Shown here in pieces: positions 13,386-27,325 of a stretch of 64,000 bases of DNA (position 1 is the stretch's first letter; each line of letters starts with the position of its first letter). The stretch covers positions 144,584,001 through 144,648,000 of the forward strand of contig OZ024742.1 of the NCBI GenBank assembly GCA_964016885.1, read 5' to 3'. The notes beneath the pieces are model-generated. The model made no database searches. It had not been told where the DNA came from and saw only the letters and a list, made by a program, of their open reading frames with translations. The translations under genes were made by a program, and so were the position numbers. The DNA is from Eledone cirrhosa. Lineage: Eukaryota.

Positions 13386-16085
13386 CAAGGTATTTGATAT
13401 GAAATCGTGTGTCGAAACAAATATTGTTATACTTGGGGAGGGTCACATTGTTATAATATTGCCAGAAATAATAACAGAACACACTCACTGTTTGGTTGGT
13501 TTTCGCTTTTCGCTTCTGTGTCTTTTATATCGGTTAATTTAATTTATTCGGTCCTCAATGTTGCCATTGACTGACCAACGGTCAAAAATACAGATACAAT
13601 ATAGACACAAACACATATATGTAGTCTATCGAAGTTCTTTCGTTGTACATCTGCAACATCGACAGATGTTGCATATGTACAACGCATCTTTTATACATAC
13701 GTATATGTACACTAGTGTCTTTTATATCTCCATAGTTAATTTATTTGGCAATCAATATTTTAACCAGCGGTTAAAAATACAGATATAAATATATATATAT
13801 AGTTTATCAAACATCATCAGTGTTACTATTATGTTCCTTTCTATTGTATTGTAATGTCTACGCCATTTTTATTTTATTTATTTATCTATTTATTTATTCT
13901 TCTCTCTGTCTCTGCGCATGCGTTTGCGTGTGTGTATAATGTTCGGTATGTGTGTTCGTGTTTGAGTGTATGTGTATTTGTTTTTGTATTTATCTTTGTT
14001 CACTAGTGTGTGTTTATATGAATTTGTTGTTATTGTACTTGTGTATATGTTTATTTATTTATTTACATTTCCCTTAAGTCAGTATTGTTTGTTTGGGTAT
14101 GGTTGTTATTGCTATTCCATTCATTTTTTCCGTTTAACTTTGGTCTTTTTAGTTCTATCTCAGTTGCCTCTTTGATATGTCTACCTGTAGTGTAATTTTT
14201 ATGTTTAGATATTATTTTAATTTAATAAATCATCTATATTACCGTCATGTTTTTGTCTGGCGTGTTCATATAGTACTGACCGTTTTTTTGTCCTTTTAGT
14301 TCCCCCAGTGTTGGTCTATTCTTTTTCCTATGCTTCGAGCTGTCTCGCCTGTATATGTCGTTGTCACGTTTCTGCAAGTAACTTCTGTACATCTTATGCT
14401 ATAGACTACATTTCTAGTTTTACAGTTTATCTGGGGGTTTACATATAACACATTTCTTATTTGTACAGTGGGTTTTCTTAAAGGGGTATGTTTTGCTGAT
14501 CATGAATTTTATGGTAGTTCCTGGCTTTTCTACCACTTTAATCTTTAGATGGGTCTTTCCTAGGGCCTTTCTACATTGCTTAGCTAATTTGCCTCCAGAG
14601 ATAGCATCCACAAACATGACACTCTGGTATCTCTGGTTGTCGTATCATGAAGTTTTTTTCCCTATCTTATGTTTAGTCCTATCTAAGCTATTCCATGATT
14701 TGCTCCTGTATAATGGGCAGATTCCTTTTATGTCGATTTCTATGAGGGTCTTACATTTCTCCGTGGCTCCTTTGTATACTCTGATTCTGTCTCTTTGGTT
14801 GTAGCCAGAGAACTGCATACAATTGATGAAGTGTTGGATGTGTCTTTCCATTTCAGTTGGGTCGCACATGCAGTGTTTGGAAGGGTGGTCAACAGTTATA
14901 GTTATTCTCTGGTGTATGGAGTTAGCTATTTGCTGGATGCTCTCCATTGTGCTATTTTCTAATTTAAGTTTATTAGTACTCTCTTGTGGGGGTATTCTTA
15001 TTACTATATTAATATCATCTACGTAGCAAGAGTACATGACGAGATCTATGGAGTCCTCTTCGAGGAGTTCTCTGAGTCTCCTCTCCCACCATACCATAAA
15101 TAGATTGGCAACATCGCCAGCTATGCTCACGCCAATGGCTGCTCCCTCATTCTGGGTGTAGATCTTTTCATTAAATTTAAACATATGACCCTTTAGGGTA
15201 GTTTTAATACTAGCCCCTATTGCATGTGCGACCATTTTTAACACCTTATCTTTGTTTTGGGGTGTCTGTATGGCTTTGGTCCATCCATTCCATCTTCCCC
15301 TGGGAGTCTTCTTAGCCATTGAGGTTATGGTGGGCGTGTACCTCTTATAGGTCTACTGGGGCAGGAACAGGTAAGGTCATGGTTATCTAGGTACTCGGTG
15401 TCGTAAATAAGCCTATGTAGGAGGCCCAGTTCGTCTGTGTCGACGTCGAACTCCACTTCGCTCTAACTGATTATTTCCACTCATTTTTCCACAACAAAAT
15501 CAATGTTAATGGATGGGTACAGTGATACTACATCCATACTGCCTATTATGCACTTAGTTAAGTTTTTGTTTTGTTGCATTCATTGATTCTGCTGAGGAGG
15601 TCCTCTCTGCTGTCATATATATCTGGGGGCATCTTAATTATGGGGCGTATAACCATAAAGAGGAAGTAGGAGATCCTGTAGTTGTTAGCAATATTAGCTC
15701 CGCATACAGGTCTTGTTGGTGGACCTGTCATCGGGTCGTTGGTTGACTTATGGTCTTTGCGGAGCCCATACAAGGGTGGTATGTCGTTGTTACACGCGTG
15801 AAAGTTGTTGGCTGTGCGTCTACTTGGCTTTAGGATGAAGGTCCACATCATCATGTGAGCGTTGAGGATCTTTTCTCTCTCCTCATGTGTTTGTTGTGTT
15901 GTTTCTCTCGTGTTGATGATGTGGGGTTGCATAGCTTTGATATAGTTCGGCATGCTGTCTATTGATATCCTACCAGATTTATCTGTGGGTAGACACACTA
16001 CCTCACATCCCTTGTGCACTGTTTGAGGCTAAGTAGGCCTTCTACAGGTTTTCTTCCAAGTTGTTGGACCTCTGGTCTACTTTGT
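13384..16085 (-). mobile_element. Penelope-like element, diverged copy of the 7600-12658 family
   Basis: Minus-strand PTDKSGRISIDSMPNY, DIPPLYGLRKDHK, GPPTRPVCGA, QNEGAAIGVSIAGDVANLFM, YSCYVDD; rearranged pLTR at 13384-13830. Confidence 0.92.
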
Positions 16086-16166
16086 CTCTTAATATATTGG
16101 TCTACTACCCTCATACATAGGTACATACATACACAGATATACACACACATGTACACATACACATAC

Positions 16167-16209
<43 letters not shown>

Positions 16210-16293
16210 AATATATACACATATACCCGCGCGTACACAGGCACACATCTAAACCTACTCATATATATATATAAGTATTATATATATATATAT

Positions 16294-16658
16294 AATTGTT
16301 TCTACTTTTGGCACAAGGCCAGCAAATTACCCAGTGCATTACTGGTACTTTATTTTATCGACCCCGTAAGGATGAAAGGCAAAGTCAACCTCGGCGGGAT
16401 TTGAACTCAGATCGTAAAGGGACGTAACTATGCTGGAAAGCATGGCGTCCGACCCTCTACCGATACTGCCAATCCACCGCCCTATATAAGGGCGGTGGAT
16501 TGGCAATATCGGTAGAAGGTCGGGCGCCTTTATGATCTGAGTTCAAATCCCGCCGAGGTTAACTTTGCCTTTCATCCTTACGGGGTCGAGTCGATAAAAT
16601 AAAGTACCAGTAATGCACTGGGATAATTGCTGGCCTGGTGCCAAAAGTAGAAACAATT
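16294..16658. mobile_element. Head-to-head pair of family 1 SINEs (16294-16482 minus; 16490-16658 plus)
   Basis: Heads GGGCGGTGGATTGGCAGTATCGGTAGA separated by a 7-nt spacer; the plus copy lacks about 25 nt after the A-box region. Confidence 0.9.
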
Positions 16659-16975
16659 ATATATATATATATATATATATAAGTATTTTTGGTACATTTC
16701 CTTTATGAGCTTTTCATATGTAATTTGTTTACATGAGTTCTTTATGTGGATTATTTCACGCTAATACCCAAAGCCACCTTACTCAAGGTGTATCTGAATG
16801 TGTCTGTATATACTTATATACTGCTATGTGAGACTTTGAGTGCGTGTGCATATGCAGATATCTGAGTGGGTGTATACCCCGCATGTGGAGTGCGTGTATA
16901 TATGTCTGTCTGTCTATTTGAATCTACCATGATTTGGGCTTACTTTATTCATATATATATGTTTTTGCATGTCAG

Positions 16976-17100
<125 letters not shown>

Positions 17101-17139
17101 TACACACATATATATACACACACACACATATATATATAT

Positions 17140-18102
17140 AATGGTCAACTCAATCTAGTGCGGACATAGCATCTGCTCATGGAAAATCTCATTCGAACAC
17201 TCTATTGTTGAACTGTGGCTAACTGCAACACCTAAGGCGTTCGTGTCCTGATATATTCCATATATCACCATGAGTCAACACTAGTGTCACCTTAGGATTT
17301 CTATAATAATATTATTATTACATGCCCAAATAATTACCATCTTGATTACCCTTATTACATCTTTTTACCCCCAGTTACATCTTTATAAATATACATTACT
17401 TGGACTGATATGTGTATATATATATATATATATATCCTTATATATACATCTCTTTTATATATATTTTTTATATATATTTTTGTATATATATTTTTGTGTA
17501 TTTTATGTGTTGTACGTATATCACTTGTTGAACATAGCTCGTTAGCTTATGCATTTGCCAGTCTTATCTTTACCCACACCTTCCTTTATGGTGTATATTT
17601 TACTCCATTTTTTTTGGTGTATTGTTTTATTTATCTTCTGGTGTATATTTTACTTTACTTTATATTATTTTATTTTATTTTATCTTATTTTTTATTTTTT
17701 ATTATTTTTTATTTTTTATTTTTTATTTTTTATTTTTTATTCTTTATTTTTTATTTTTTATCTATTTTGTAGCTATTTTTAATCTATTTCTTATCTATTT
17801 TTTATCTATTTTTTATCTATTTTTTTATCTATTTTTATCTATTTTTTATCTATTTTTTATCTATTTTTATCTATTTTTTATCTATCTTTTTATCTATTTT
17901 TTATCTACCTCTTATCTATTTTTTATCTATCTCTACCTCTTAACTTGTGCCCATCCGTCTATGATATGTTATTTGTATTAGTGTATACTGTATGTGTTAC
18001 ATACGGGTGCTTGTGTGTAGGTGCATGCGGGTGCTCATGCTTATGCATATAATTGTATGTAGCTGTATGTTAACGTAACCCTGCCCAACTGTGAGTGATA
18101 AC

Positions 18103-18136
<34 letters not shown>

Positions 18137-18508
18137 ATTTTTTATTTTTTATTTTTTATTTTTTATCTTTTATTTTTTATTTTATTTTTCATTCTTAATT
18201 TTATTTTTATTATTATTTTTATTTTTATTTTTATTTTTATTCTTAATCTTATTCTTTTTTTAATTCTTAATCTTATTCTTATTTTTATGTTTATTTTTAT
18301 TTTACTCTTCTTATTTTGCTCCTTTTACTTTACTCTTTAAACTCCTCCCAACTTATGGTATCCCACATATATTCTTCTGTTTTGGCTTTGTCAATGCTTG
18401 TATACTATGTATTCACTCTTTATGCTCTGAAGAGTCCCACTTCTAGTGTGGACGAAACACTGTTAGCAATTAAAGATATACCTATGTTCTAAGCGCTCTT
18501 TGTTGTTA

Positions 18509-18512
<4 letters not shown>
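17140..18512 (+). mobile_element. Solo PLE pLTR-like segment with expanded (ATTTTT)n and (TATCTATTTTT)n tracts
   Basis: Bounded by (TA)n on both sides; ends with a hammerhead, AATTAAA and a short tail. Confidence 0.5.
18423..18468 (+). ncRNA. Minimal type I hammerhead ribozyme
   Basis: TGCT-CTGAAGA-GTCC CAC ttcta GTG t GGAC-GAAAC act GTT-AGCA: stem I TGCT/AGCA, canonical G10.1-C11.1, predicted GUU cleavage after 18464. Confidence 0.85.
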
Positions 18513-18568
<56 letters not shown>

Positions 18569-18649
18569 TAAAAAGGAAAAGAAAATGCTGACAGATCCTT
18601 TCCAGTGAAAAATAGTTTAATTAGGAATAAGTATAAATTAGTAATAAGT

Positions 18650-18840
18650 AATTGTTTCTACTTTTGGCACAAGACCAGCAAATTACCCAGTACATTACTG
18701 GAACTTTATTTTATCGACCCCGTAAGGATGAAAGGCAAAGTTAACCTCGGCGGAATTTGAACTCAGACCATAAAGGGCCGTAACTCTTTGCTGCAAATCA
18801 TAGCGTCAGACCCTCTACCGATACTGCCAATCCACCACCG
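18650..18840 (-). mobile_element. Family 1 SINE nested in the inverted pLTR
   Basis: Reverse complement of the SINE consensus; pLTR sequence resumes after it. Confidence 0.9.
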
Positions 18841-19201
18841 TGTGGTAAGTAATGGTTAGTATTCAGTGTTAGTTTTAAGTTTTTTTACCGTTTGCGCATT
18901 TCAAATGCTTTTCAAAATAATTTTGAGATAGAGCGTTCGTGATTTGGTTGGTTGTTGAATGTCACGTGAATAAGCACTATAATTAGGATGTTTTTCATTG
19001 ACTTAGATTGTCTTTTGCTCTTTATGATATCGTGTGTTCTATGGTCCTTCTGTAACACAGTGACTCAGTGAAGAACTATTCGACCAGTACAATGAGGATA
19101 AATCATTAGCCAGAAATAGAAGCTACTACACCTCATCAAAAGGTAGAAATAAAATCCTGGACGAATTCTGTAAACACATCACAAACTTCCGTTACTAACA
19201 C

Positions 19202-21184
19202 TTGCACAGACAAAAACACAAATCAAACCTCAACAAGAAAGAATGGGAAGAATTAAATAGATTAAAAATCGACAGAACTATTACAATTAAAGAGGCTGAT
19301 AAAGGGAGTGCAGTAGTCCTAATGGAGACAGAATTCTATATCGACCTAGCGCTCTCCACTTTGGAAAACGAAACATACTACGAAAAGGCTGAACACTACA
19401 ATCAACAGAAAATTATGAGAAGCCTAAAAACTCTGATCAACCAATAAAAAGAAGGACTCACTAACAAGGAATTCAGCTTCATCACAGACTTCACAAGTAA
19501 GTCAAGCCTTTTCTACGGTATCCCTAAAGTACATAAAAGCGAATTAATAGGTAAGGCATGCAAGGAAGCCACAGACATAGTCACCAATGTCCCCTCATCC
19601 AATGATCTCAAATTAAGACCTATCATCAGGCCCCGCTTGCGAAACCCGCCGCCTTAGCAACTTCATTGATACCCTTCTCAAGCCTTTTCTCAAACACATT
19701 AAAAGCTATATAAGGGACGACCTAGATATGCTCAACCACCTCTCTAATATACCCCTTACTGAACAAACCCTACTAGTGACGTTCGATGTAGTCAACCTAT
19801 ACTCCAACATCCCCCACAACCTAGGAATAGAAGCTATCCAATTCTGGCTGGATAATTTCCACAATGAACTCCCACAGCGCATCAAAAAGGAATTCGTAAT
19901 AGAAGGACTCAATTTTATCTTGGAGAACAATTACTTCGTTTTCAAAAACAAATCCTACAGGCAGAAATCTGGGACCGCTATGGGAACGAAAACGGCCCCC
20001 ACCTATGTCAATCTTGTCATGGGATACCTGGAAATCACCCTCTACACTAAAATACTAAACACATTTGGAAACACTCTCCACTTACACATAGAAAAGAACT
20101 GGAAGCGATCTCTAGATGACTGCTTCATCCTTTGCCACGAAAACATCGAGAAACTTAAAGATTTTCACACTCTTATAAATGGGCTCAAAACGAATATTAA
20201 TTTTACAATGGAATACAGCCATCAACAACACCCCTTCCTCGACATCCTCATTAAGATTCATAACAATAAAATAGAAACAGACATATACTACAAGCCCACA
20301 GACTCCAAGCAATATCTTCCTTTCAATTCTTGCGATCCTAGACACGTTAAAATTAATATTCCCTACAACTTAGCCAAGAGAATCTGTACTATAGTCTCCA
20401 ATAAAAACACCTGTTACTTACGGCTACAAGAACTAAAGGACACACTCATAAGCAGGGACTACCCTGCATCATTAATTGACAATGGAATCCAACGTGTCCT
20501 CAGTACCCTCCTGGGTACTGAGTTTCAGGGCACGTTTAGACACCCAAAAGCAAACCAACCGAAACTAAAGGCTCTTCCATACATCTCCACACACAACCCC
20601 CTCAACAATGAGGCCTTTGAAACCATCCCCCAGAACATCCCTGTGTTACAGAAGGACCATAGAATGAATCAAATCCTTCGAACACACGATATCATAAAGA
20701 GCAAAAGACAATCTAAGTCAATGAAAAACATCCTAACACATGCCAAGGTACTACCAACCACAACAACGATACCCACAGTAACAAAATGCGATAGACCCAA
20801 CTGTGGCATATGCATCAACCTAATAGAGGGTTCGGAATTCTATTTCAAACATGGACAACGTTTTATAGTAAGGCACAATTTCACATGCGCATCAGAAAAC
20901 CTAATATATGTATTAACCTTCTCAGGTTGTCGAGAACAATACATAGGCCAGACTAAGTACAGCCTCCGCCAACGCATGACTGTCCATAGATCCCAAATCA
21001 AAATACGGGAATAGAGAAAAATACCACTGAGTGAACACATTGATACCTGTGCCGCCCAAAATCATCTCAACTTTAGAATCTTTCCCCTCTACAAATTTAA
21101 AGATAACGCCACCCACACCCAGCGCATCAGCAAAGAATCTCACTTTATTAACAAATACGGACCCCGTCTAAACACTTCTCCCTA
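19202..21184 (+). pseudogene. PLE reverse transcriptase and GIY-YIG ORF, few disablements
   Basis: IKEADKGSAVV, FYGIPKVHK, FDVVNLYSNIP, GTAMGTKTAPTYVNL, WKRSLDDCF, FLDILI, DIYYKPTD, KCDRPNCGIC, NLIYVL...YIGQT..LRQRM.VH; 428-aa open stretch at 19728-21014. Confidence 0.92.
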
Positions 21185-21642
21185 AGACGAACCCACAACA
21201 TACACACGTCCACATACATACCTACATCAACATACATCCTACATACATTTCTACCCACAAGTATCCCATACGACAGAGCCTAATGGATTCCCTTGCAGTA
21301 CGTACAATCAGGACACACTCACACACACCTTAGTGTTATGACAATACTATACATCATTTCACCTCTTTTATTATTGAACATTCACGTGACTTCTACCGAC
21401 CAATCAAAATTATAGTGCTTATTCACATGACATTCAACAACCAACCAAATCACGAACGCTCTATCTCAAAATTATTTTTGAAAAGCATTTGAAATGCGCA
21501 ACCGGTAAAAAAACTTAAAAGTAATACTGAATACTAACCATTACTTATTCCTAATTAAACTATTTTTCACTGGAAAAAATCTGTCAGCATATTCTTTTCC
21601 TTTTTACTAATATATCACAACTCGTGTGTCACACCTCTATTT

Positions 21643-21751
<109 letters not shown>

Positions 21752-22299
21752 CAGAGATAGTTTAAAGCTAAACTCTGACTGGTAACCATCTCACTCAACA
21801 AACATTAGGTTATATTAAAATATAAACCCAATTTAAGTGTTTGGGGTGCTAACAATATGTATAATGTGGAAAAACCAGTTGTATTATTTTATGAGATATA
21901 ATTAAAGTTAAAGTATCTCTCCCGTTCCAAACAATTGTTTCATTATAAGTTTTCTACAAGTTTGGGAGAATGTTTCCAGTTTATGTAGAAGCCTAATATA
22001 TATTCATGTAAGAATATATTTAGGTGGGCACATATAAATCATCAGTGGAAGCCCATTAAACATTGAAATAAGAAAACAATTTCTTACCGCTGTCAAAAAT
22101 CATGTCCGTAAAGTTGCTCTCTCTCACCTCGAATGACCGCCAAATTTGAAATTCCAGCAGTTTTTGACTGAGGAAGTATCATAGCGACATGAAGCGGGAA
22201 GGGGAGACAATCCACGATCCACGAAATGAGGAAAAAAAATAATATACACGCGGGTTAATTAATTTTTTTGAAAACATTATCAATCCAACGTGTTTAATA

Positions 22300-22962
22300 T
22301 ATATATCAACTAGAAATTGATTGACATATATATATTTAAAATAAACACATGAACAATCACAGGGGATAATTTGTAAAGTGTGTAATCACAAATAGCTATG
22401 TAGGTAACTAATTAAAGTTTAACTAGAGCTTCAAATATTACCTTTTAAAAAATGATTAATCCTCCTTGTATATATTTCATTAAAGAAATATATTTCACCA
22501 TTAATCCGTAAAATTACAGTAGTAAAATCTTGGATCTTCAGCAAGGGGGGAAGATTTAACTATCTGTGTTTACACATCAAATGCAAATCTGCGAGTGACC
22601 CATCGCACGTGTTGCAATTCTAAAACTACTAACAACATGCTAGCATCCTCCCATTGGCGTGAATAGGGTGATAGACAGCTATAAATAGCAGCCCAGTCCT
22701 TTCAACTGATTTAGCTTTACAATTAATGAGCCGTTTATATATCCAAAATAATTTTAATTAAAATAAATTAAGGGTGTCATGTCCGAGACATGCGCCATAT
22801 CCACCGTAGAATAAACTCAAAGATTCCAATGAATATATCCGAGCATTTTATATCGACTAGAAATTGATTGACATATATATATTTAAAAGAAACACATGAA
22901 ACAATCACAGGGGATAATTTGTAAATTAGTTAGGTGTAAACACAGATAGTTAAATCTTCCCC
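22300..22962. repeat. About 550-bp non-coding unit with partial tandem repeat and short inverted tail; second copy at 46921-49003
   Basis: 22305-22385 recurs at 22851-22926; 22934-22962 is the inverse of 22548-22576; similar to 46930-47054 plus 48579-48990. Confidence 0.75.
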
Positions 22963-22982
22963 ACATGTACACATACACATAT

Positions 22983-23055
<73 letters not shown>

Positions 23056-23125
23056 TATATATATTTAAATGTATATCTATATATATGTATATTTGTATAT
23101 ATATATATATATATATATGTATATT

Positions 23126-23183
<58 letters not shown>

Positions 23184-23217
23184 TATGTATATATATATGT
23201 ATATATGTATATATATA

Positions 23218-23279
<62 letters not shown>

Positions 23280-23755
23280 CACACACATATATATATATAT
23301 ATATATATGGGTATGTGTATGTGTACATGTGTGTGTATATCTGTGTATGCATGTACCTATGTGTGAGGGTGGAAATATATGTATGTGTACGTATATGCGC
23401 GTACGCGTACGTGCGGGTGTGTGTGTACATGTCCGCACTAATAAGTGGGGGATCGGGAGTTCTGAGTATCTGTGATTGAGCACACGTATGTATGGGTGTG
23501 TGTATGTCGGTGTGCACGGGCAGACCCAGGACAGGCAAGCCAGATTACAACCCCCTGCCCATGTAGCAGTAATTCTGGCGACAGAATTAAGGTGAGTGAC
23601 AGCTCACGCCTGAATGGAAATAGACAGTGGGCAGTTTTGATATGTCAAACATACAGATGACGACTCCAATTATTGACCAATGGTTGTTTACGGATGGAGG
23701 AAACTGAAAGGGACAGAATACATCAGATAGAAGATTTGCCTCGCAGTCGCTAGAA

Positions 23756-23844
23756 GTATCTGAGGAACTTGCGAATCCAGAGTCAGGTTCGATCCACAAA
23801 TAGATCGCACCTCGAGCTGTTCGCTGGAGAAACAATTGTAATAC
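23756..23844 (+). ncRNA. Type I hammerhead ribozyme with unusually long stem II
   Basis: GTAT-CTGAGGA-[about 62-nt hairpin GCGAA/TTCGC, CAG/CTG, AGGT/ACCT, CGATC/GATCG]-GAAAC aatt GTA-ATAC; palindromic stem III ACAATTGT; AATAAA at 23848. Confidence 0.8.
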
Positions 23845-23914
23845 GTTAATAAATTGTGTTTCGATGCATCACTGATTCTTCGTTTTCCATAATTATATAT
23901 ATATATATATATAT

Positions 23915-24425
23915 ATAAAAGAATAGAGGTGTAACACACAAGTTATTATATATTGGTAAACGGAATAGAAAATGCTGACAAATTGTTCACAGTTGAAAAA
24001 TGGTTTAATTAGGAATAAAAGAGTATTAGTGATTGTATGGGTTAGTATTCAGTTGTGGTTTTAAGTTTTTAAGTTTTTACCGGTTGCGCATTTCTAAATG
24101 CTTTTCAAAAATAATTTTGAGATAGAGTGTCCGTGCTGTTTGCTCTGATCTGATTAGTTTTGGGAATTCTACCTGTTTTTATGTTAAAAAAGTGGCTCCA
24201 GCGTTATTTTTGTGTTGCAAAAATTCTTGTGGTCAAAACAATTTTGATTGGTCGATAGAGGTCATGTGAATGTAAAAAGTTGATTTTGCGCCAAAACTGT
24301 TTTTATGTTAAAAAAGTGGCTCCAGCAAAAATTCTTGGTCAAAACAATTTTGATTGGTCGGTAGAGGTCATGTGAATAAAAAATTGGTTTTGCGCCAAGA
24401 TTGAGAAATGACTCTTTCACAACAA

Positions 24426-24459
<34 letters not shown>

Positions 24460-24522
24460 TAGTAAGGTGTTCGTTGCTGCGGCAATGGCCAGCAGCGATG
24501 TGTGTCAAATGGCTATTAAGAT

Positions 24523-24597
<75 letters not shown>

Positions 24598-24850
24598 GCA
24601 GAGTAATTCGTGGTGGCAGGGATGGTCAGTAAGAATGTGTCTGAAAGCAATGGGGGGTATTTTAGCATGTCAAAAGATATTTTTCAGCTTTTGTCTTACA
24701 CGGAGAAGTGCGTGTGTGTGCACTTCTCCGTATAAGACAAAAGCTGAAAAATATCTTTTGACATGCTAAAATACCCCCCATTGCTTTCAGACACATTCTT
24801 ACTGACCATCCCTGCCACCACGAATTACTCTGCTATACACACACACACAC

Positions 24851-24886
<36 letters not shown>

Positions 24887-24976
24887 ATCTTAATAGCCAT
24901 TTGACACACATCGCTGCTGGCCATTGCCGCAGCAACGAACACCTTACTACTACTACTACACACACACACACATACA

Positions 24977-25015
<39 letters not shown>

Positions 25016-25024
25016 ACACACACA

Positions 25025-25093
<69 letters not shown>

Positions 25094-25588
25094 ACACACA
25101 CACACACACACATATTTGTTGTGAAAGAGTCATTTCTCAATCTTGGCGCAAAACCAATTTTTTATTCACATGACCTCTACCGACCAATCAAAATTGTTTT
25201 GACCCAGAATTTTTGCTGGAGCCACTTTTTTAACATAAAAACAGTCTTGGCGCAAAATCAACTTTTTACATTTACATGACCTCTACCGACCAATCAAAAT
25301 TGTTTTGACCACAAGAATTTTTGCAACACAAAAATAACGCTGGAGCCACTTTTTTAACATAAAAACAGGTAGAACTCCCAAAACTAATCAGATCAGAGCA
25401 AACAGCACGGACACTCTATCTCAAAATTATTTTTGAAAAGCATTTAGAAATGCGCAACCGGTAAAAACTTAAAAACTTAAAACCACAACTGAATACTAAC
25501 CCTTACAATCACTAATACTCTTTTATTCCTAATTAAACCATTTTTCAACTGTGAACAATTTGTCAGCATTTTCTATTCCGTTTACCAA
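23915..25588. mobile_element. Near-perfect palindrome of two PLE pLTRs (related to the 21408-21650 pLTR)
   Basis: Arms 23950-24711 and 24720-25588, 8-nt spacer gtgtgtgt; differences mostly in (CA)n length; internal duplication of about 110 bp; left arm has an extra tail at 23915-23950. Confidence 0.92.
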
Positions 25589-25693
25589 TATATATATAAA
25601 GGTTAACATATACATAAAGTTATAGATATATACATGTTGCAACTGGTCACTTTTAAGCTCTATGAAAAATTAATAAATTAAAAAATCAGAGCA

Positions 25694-26050
25694 ATATATC
25701 ATAAATCATGTCTTTAGAATCATCAGATAAAATATATACTATTTCTTCTTCTAATTAGCATAATTAACCATATAAAAAATCAATTAGAACAAGCTATAAG
25801 AATAAAGGCTCTTATGGAGAAATCTCCGACAAATAACCGAACGTAGCCTCTTCGTGGTGGCCTCAATCGAGTATTTATACAACATTTCGACAGCATGTAG
25901 AAACTGGCTAAATATACCATCAACCATACACAATTAGGTGTAAAATTAAACTTAGAAGAAATGCGCACATACCGTAATTATATCTCAATTATGCTAATTA
26001 GAAGAAGAAATAGTATATATTTTATCTGATGATTCTAAAGACATGATTTA

Positions 26051-26058
<8 letters not shown>
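25694..26058. repeat. Inverted repeat, 72-bp arms with about 220-bp spacer
   Basis: 25694-25765 is the reverse complement of 25987-26058; ends in (TA)n. Confidence 0.85.
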
Positions 26059-26120
<62 letters not shown>

Positions 26121-26205
26121 AAGGTTATATTTAAAATTGCTGGGTTACAACTAGTAAATATTTATAACTGATATAAAAGCACTCGACAAATATTTGGAGT
26201 ATATT

Positions 26206-26379
26206 TACAATATTAAATAAATGGAAAACTATATTTATAAAACCATATCTATTTCATTATATATATTTCGGGGATATCATATTAACATGAAGGCATAGCA
26301 TATTGTTAATATGATATCCCCGAAATATATATAATGAAATAGATATGGTTTTATAAATATAGTTTTCCATTTATTTAAT

Positions 26380-26385
<6 letters not shown>
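26206..26385. repeat. Perfect inverted repeat, about 82-bp arms with 16-nt spacer; contains a hammerhead 3' half
   Basis: 26206-26287 vs 26304-26385; right arm has CCCC-GAAAT atat ATA-ATG. Confidence 0.88.
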
Positions 26386-26437
<52 letters not shown>

Positions 26438-26702
26438 GCCAATCATTGTAAGTTTGAATTTGACATGCAAAAACATATATATATATGAATAAAGTAAGCC
26501 CAAATCTAGTAGTTTCAAATATCACAGAGAGAAAGAGAAAGGGGGGGGGGAGAATGAGGTGCAACAGAAATGAAACATGGATTACAGGTTGAAATATAAA
26601 AATATAGTCTAGATAAATGTGAAACAAAACGAGGATGTAATTTATGGAACACCCAAATCATTTAGAAGTCGACCTTAAGTAGGAGCAATAACATTAAGAA
26701 AG

Positions 26703-27051
26703 ACATGAACGACACCACAACACTTTGTTTTGAAAATTTTGAAAGTAGGTTTATAAGTATGAATTTTCATAAGATTTTCGTAGTCGTTTCTGTGGCCTGG
26801 CGGTAGGTACTAGAGACGGTGGAGATCCTGAACTTGGGTTCAAGAGGCAGACGTAACCTTTTTCAGTTTTTATTTTACAATCAATACAAAAACCTGATAA
26901 AGGTTTACCGGGAACCCTACACTCGACCAGGATCACCACCATCTATGATTCCTCCAACTAGGCCGCCGAGACAGCTACAAAAGTATAATGAAAATTGATA
27001 ATTATAAAGCTACTTTCAAAATCAAAGTTAAGAAGATGTGGTGTCATTCAT
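26703..27051. repeat. Old imperfect palindrome (MITE-like), about 350 bp
   Basis: gacaccaca/tgtggtgtc, ttttgaaagtag/ctactttcaaaa, aattttcat/atgaaaatt, ggcctgg/ctaggcc, ggtggagatcctg/caggatcaccacc, aacctttttcag/ctgataaaggtt, symmetric about 26880. Confidence 0.75.
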
Positions 27052-27325
27052 AGCTTTCCTAGAGCCATTAGTAATATTTAGGGTCGACTTCTGGTCATTA
27101 TTAAAAGTCTCTGGATTTCGCAAAATGCATAATATTTTTATTGGAGAAGGTAAGATATTTTTCCGCAAAAATTTGATTGCACTGTTTTGTTTCCACTTAT
27201 GTATTTTTCGTAAATGTTATTTATTCATTATAGAAATTAAATGATAGCATTCTATATATAGCTAGGCCCCCTTCATTTCCTGGCAACCAATAATTTTAGA
27301 CCCAGTCCGCTACTGTATATATATA

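Noticed and set aside
19728-21014. Intact domesticated RT gene
   Set aside because: Part of a PLE ORF broken by stops and a frameshift upstream, a premature stop downstream and an altered catalytic motif (SLDD)
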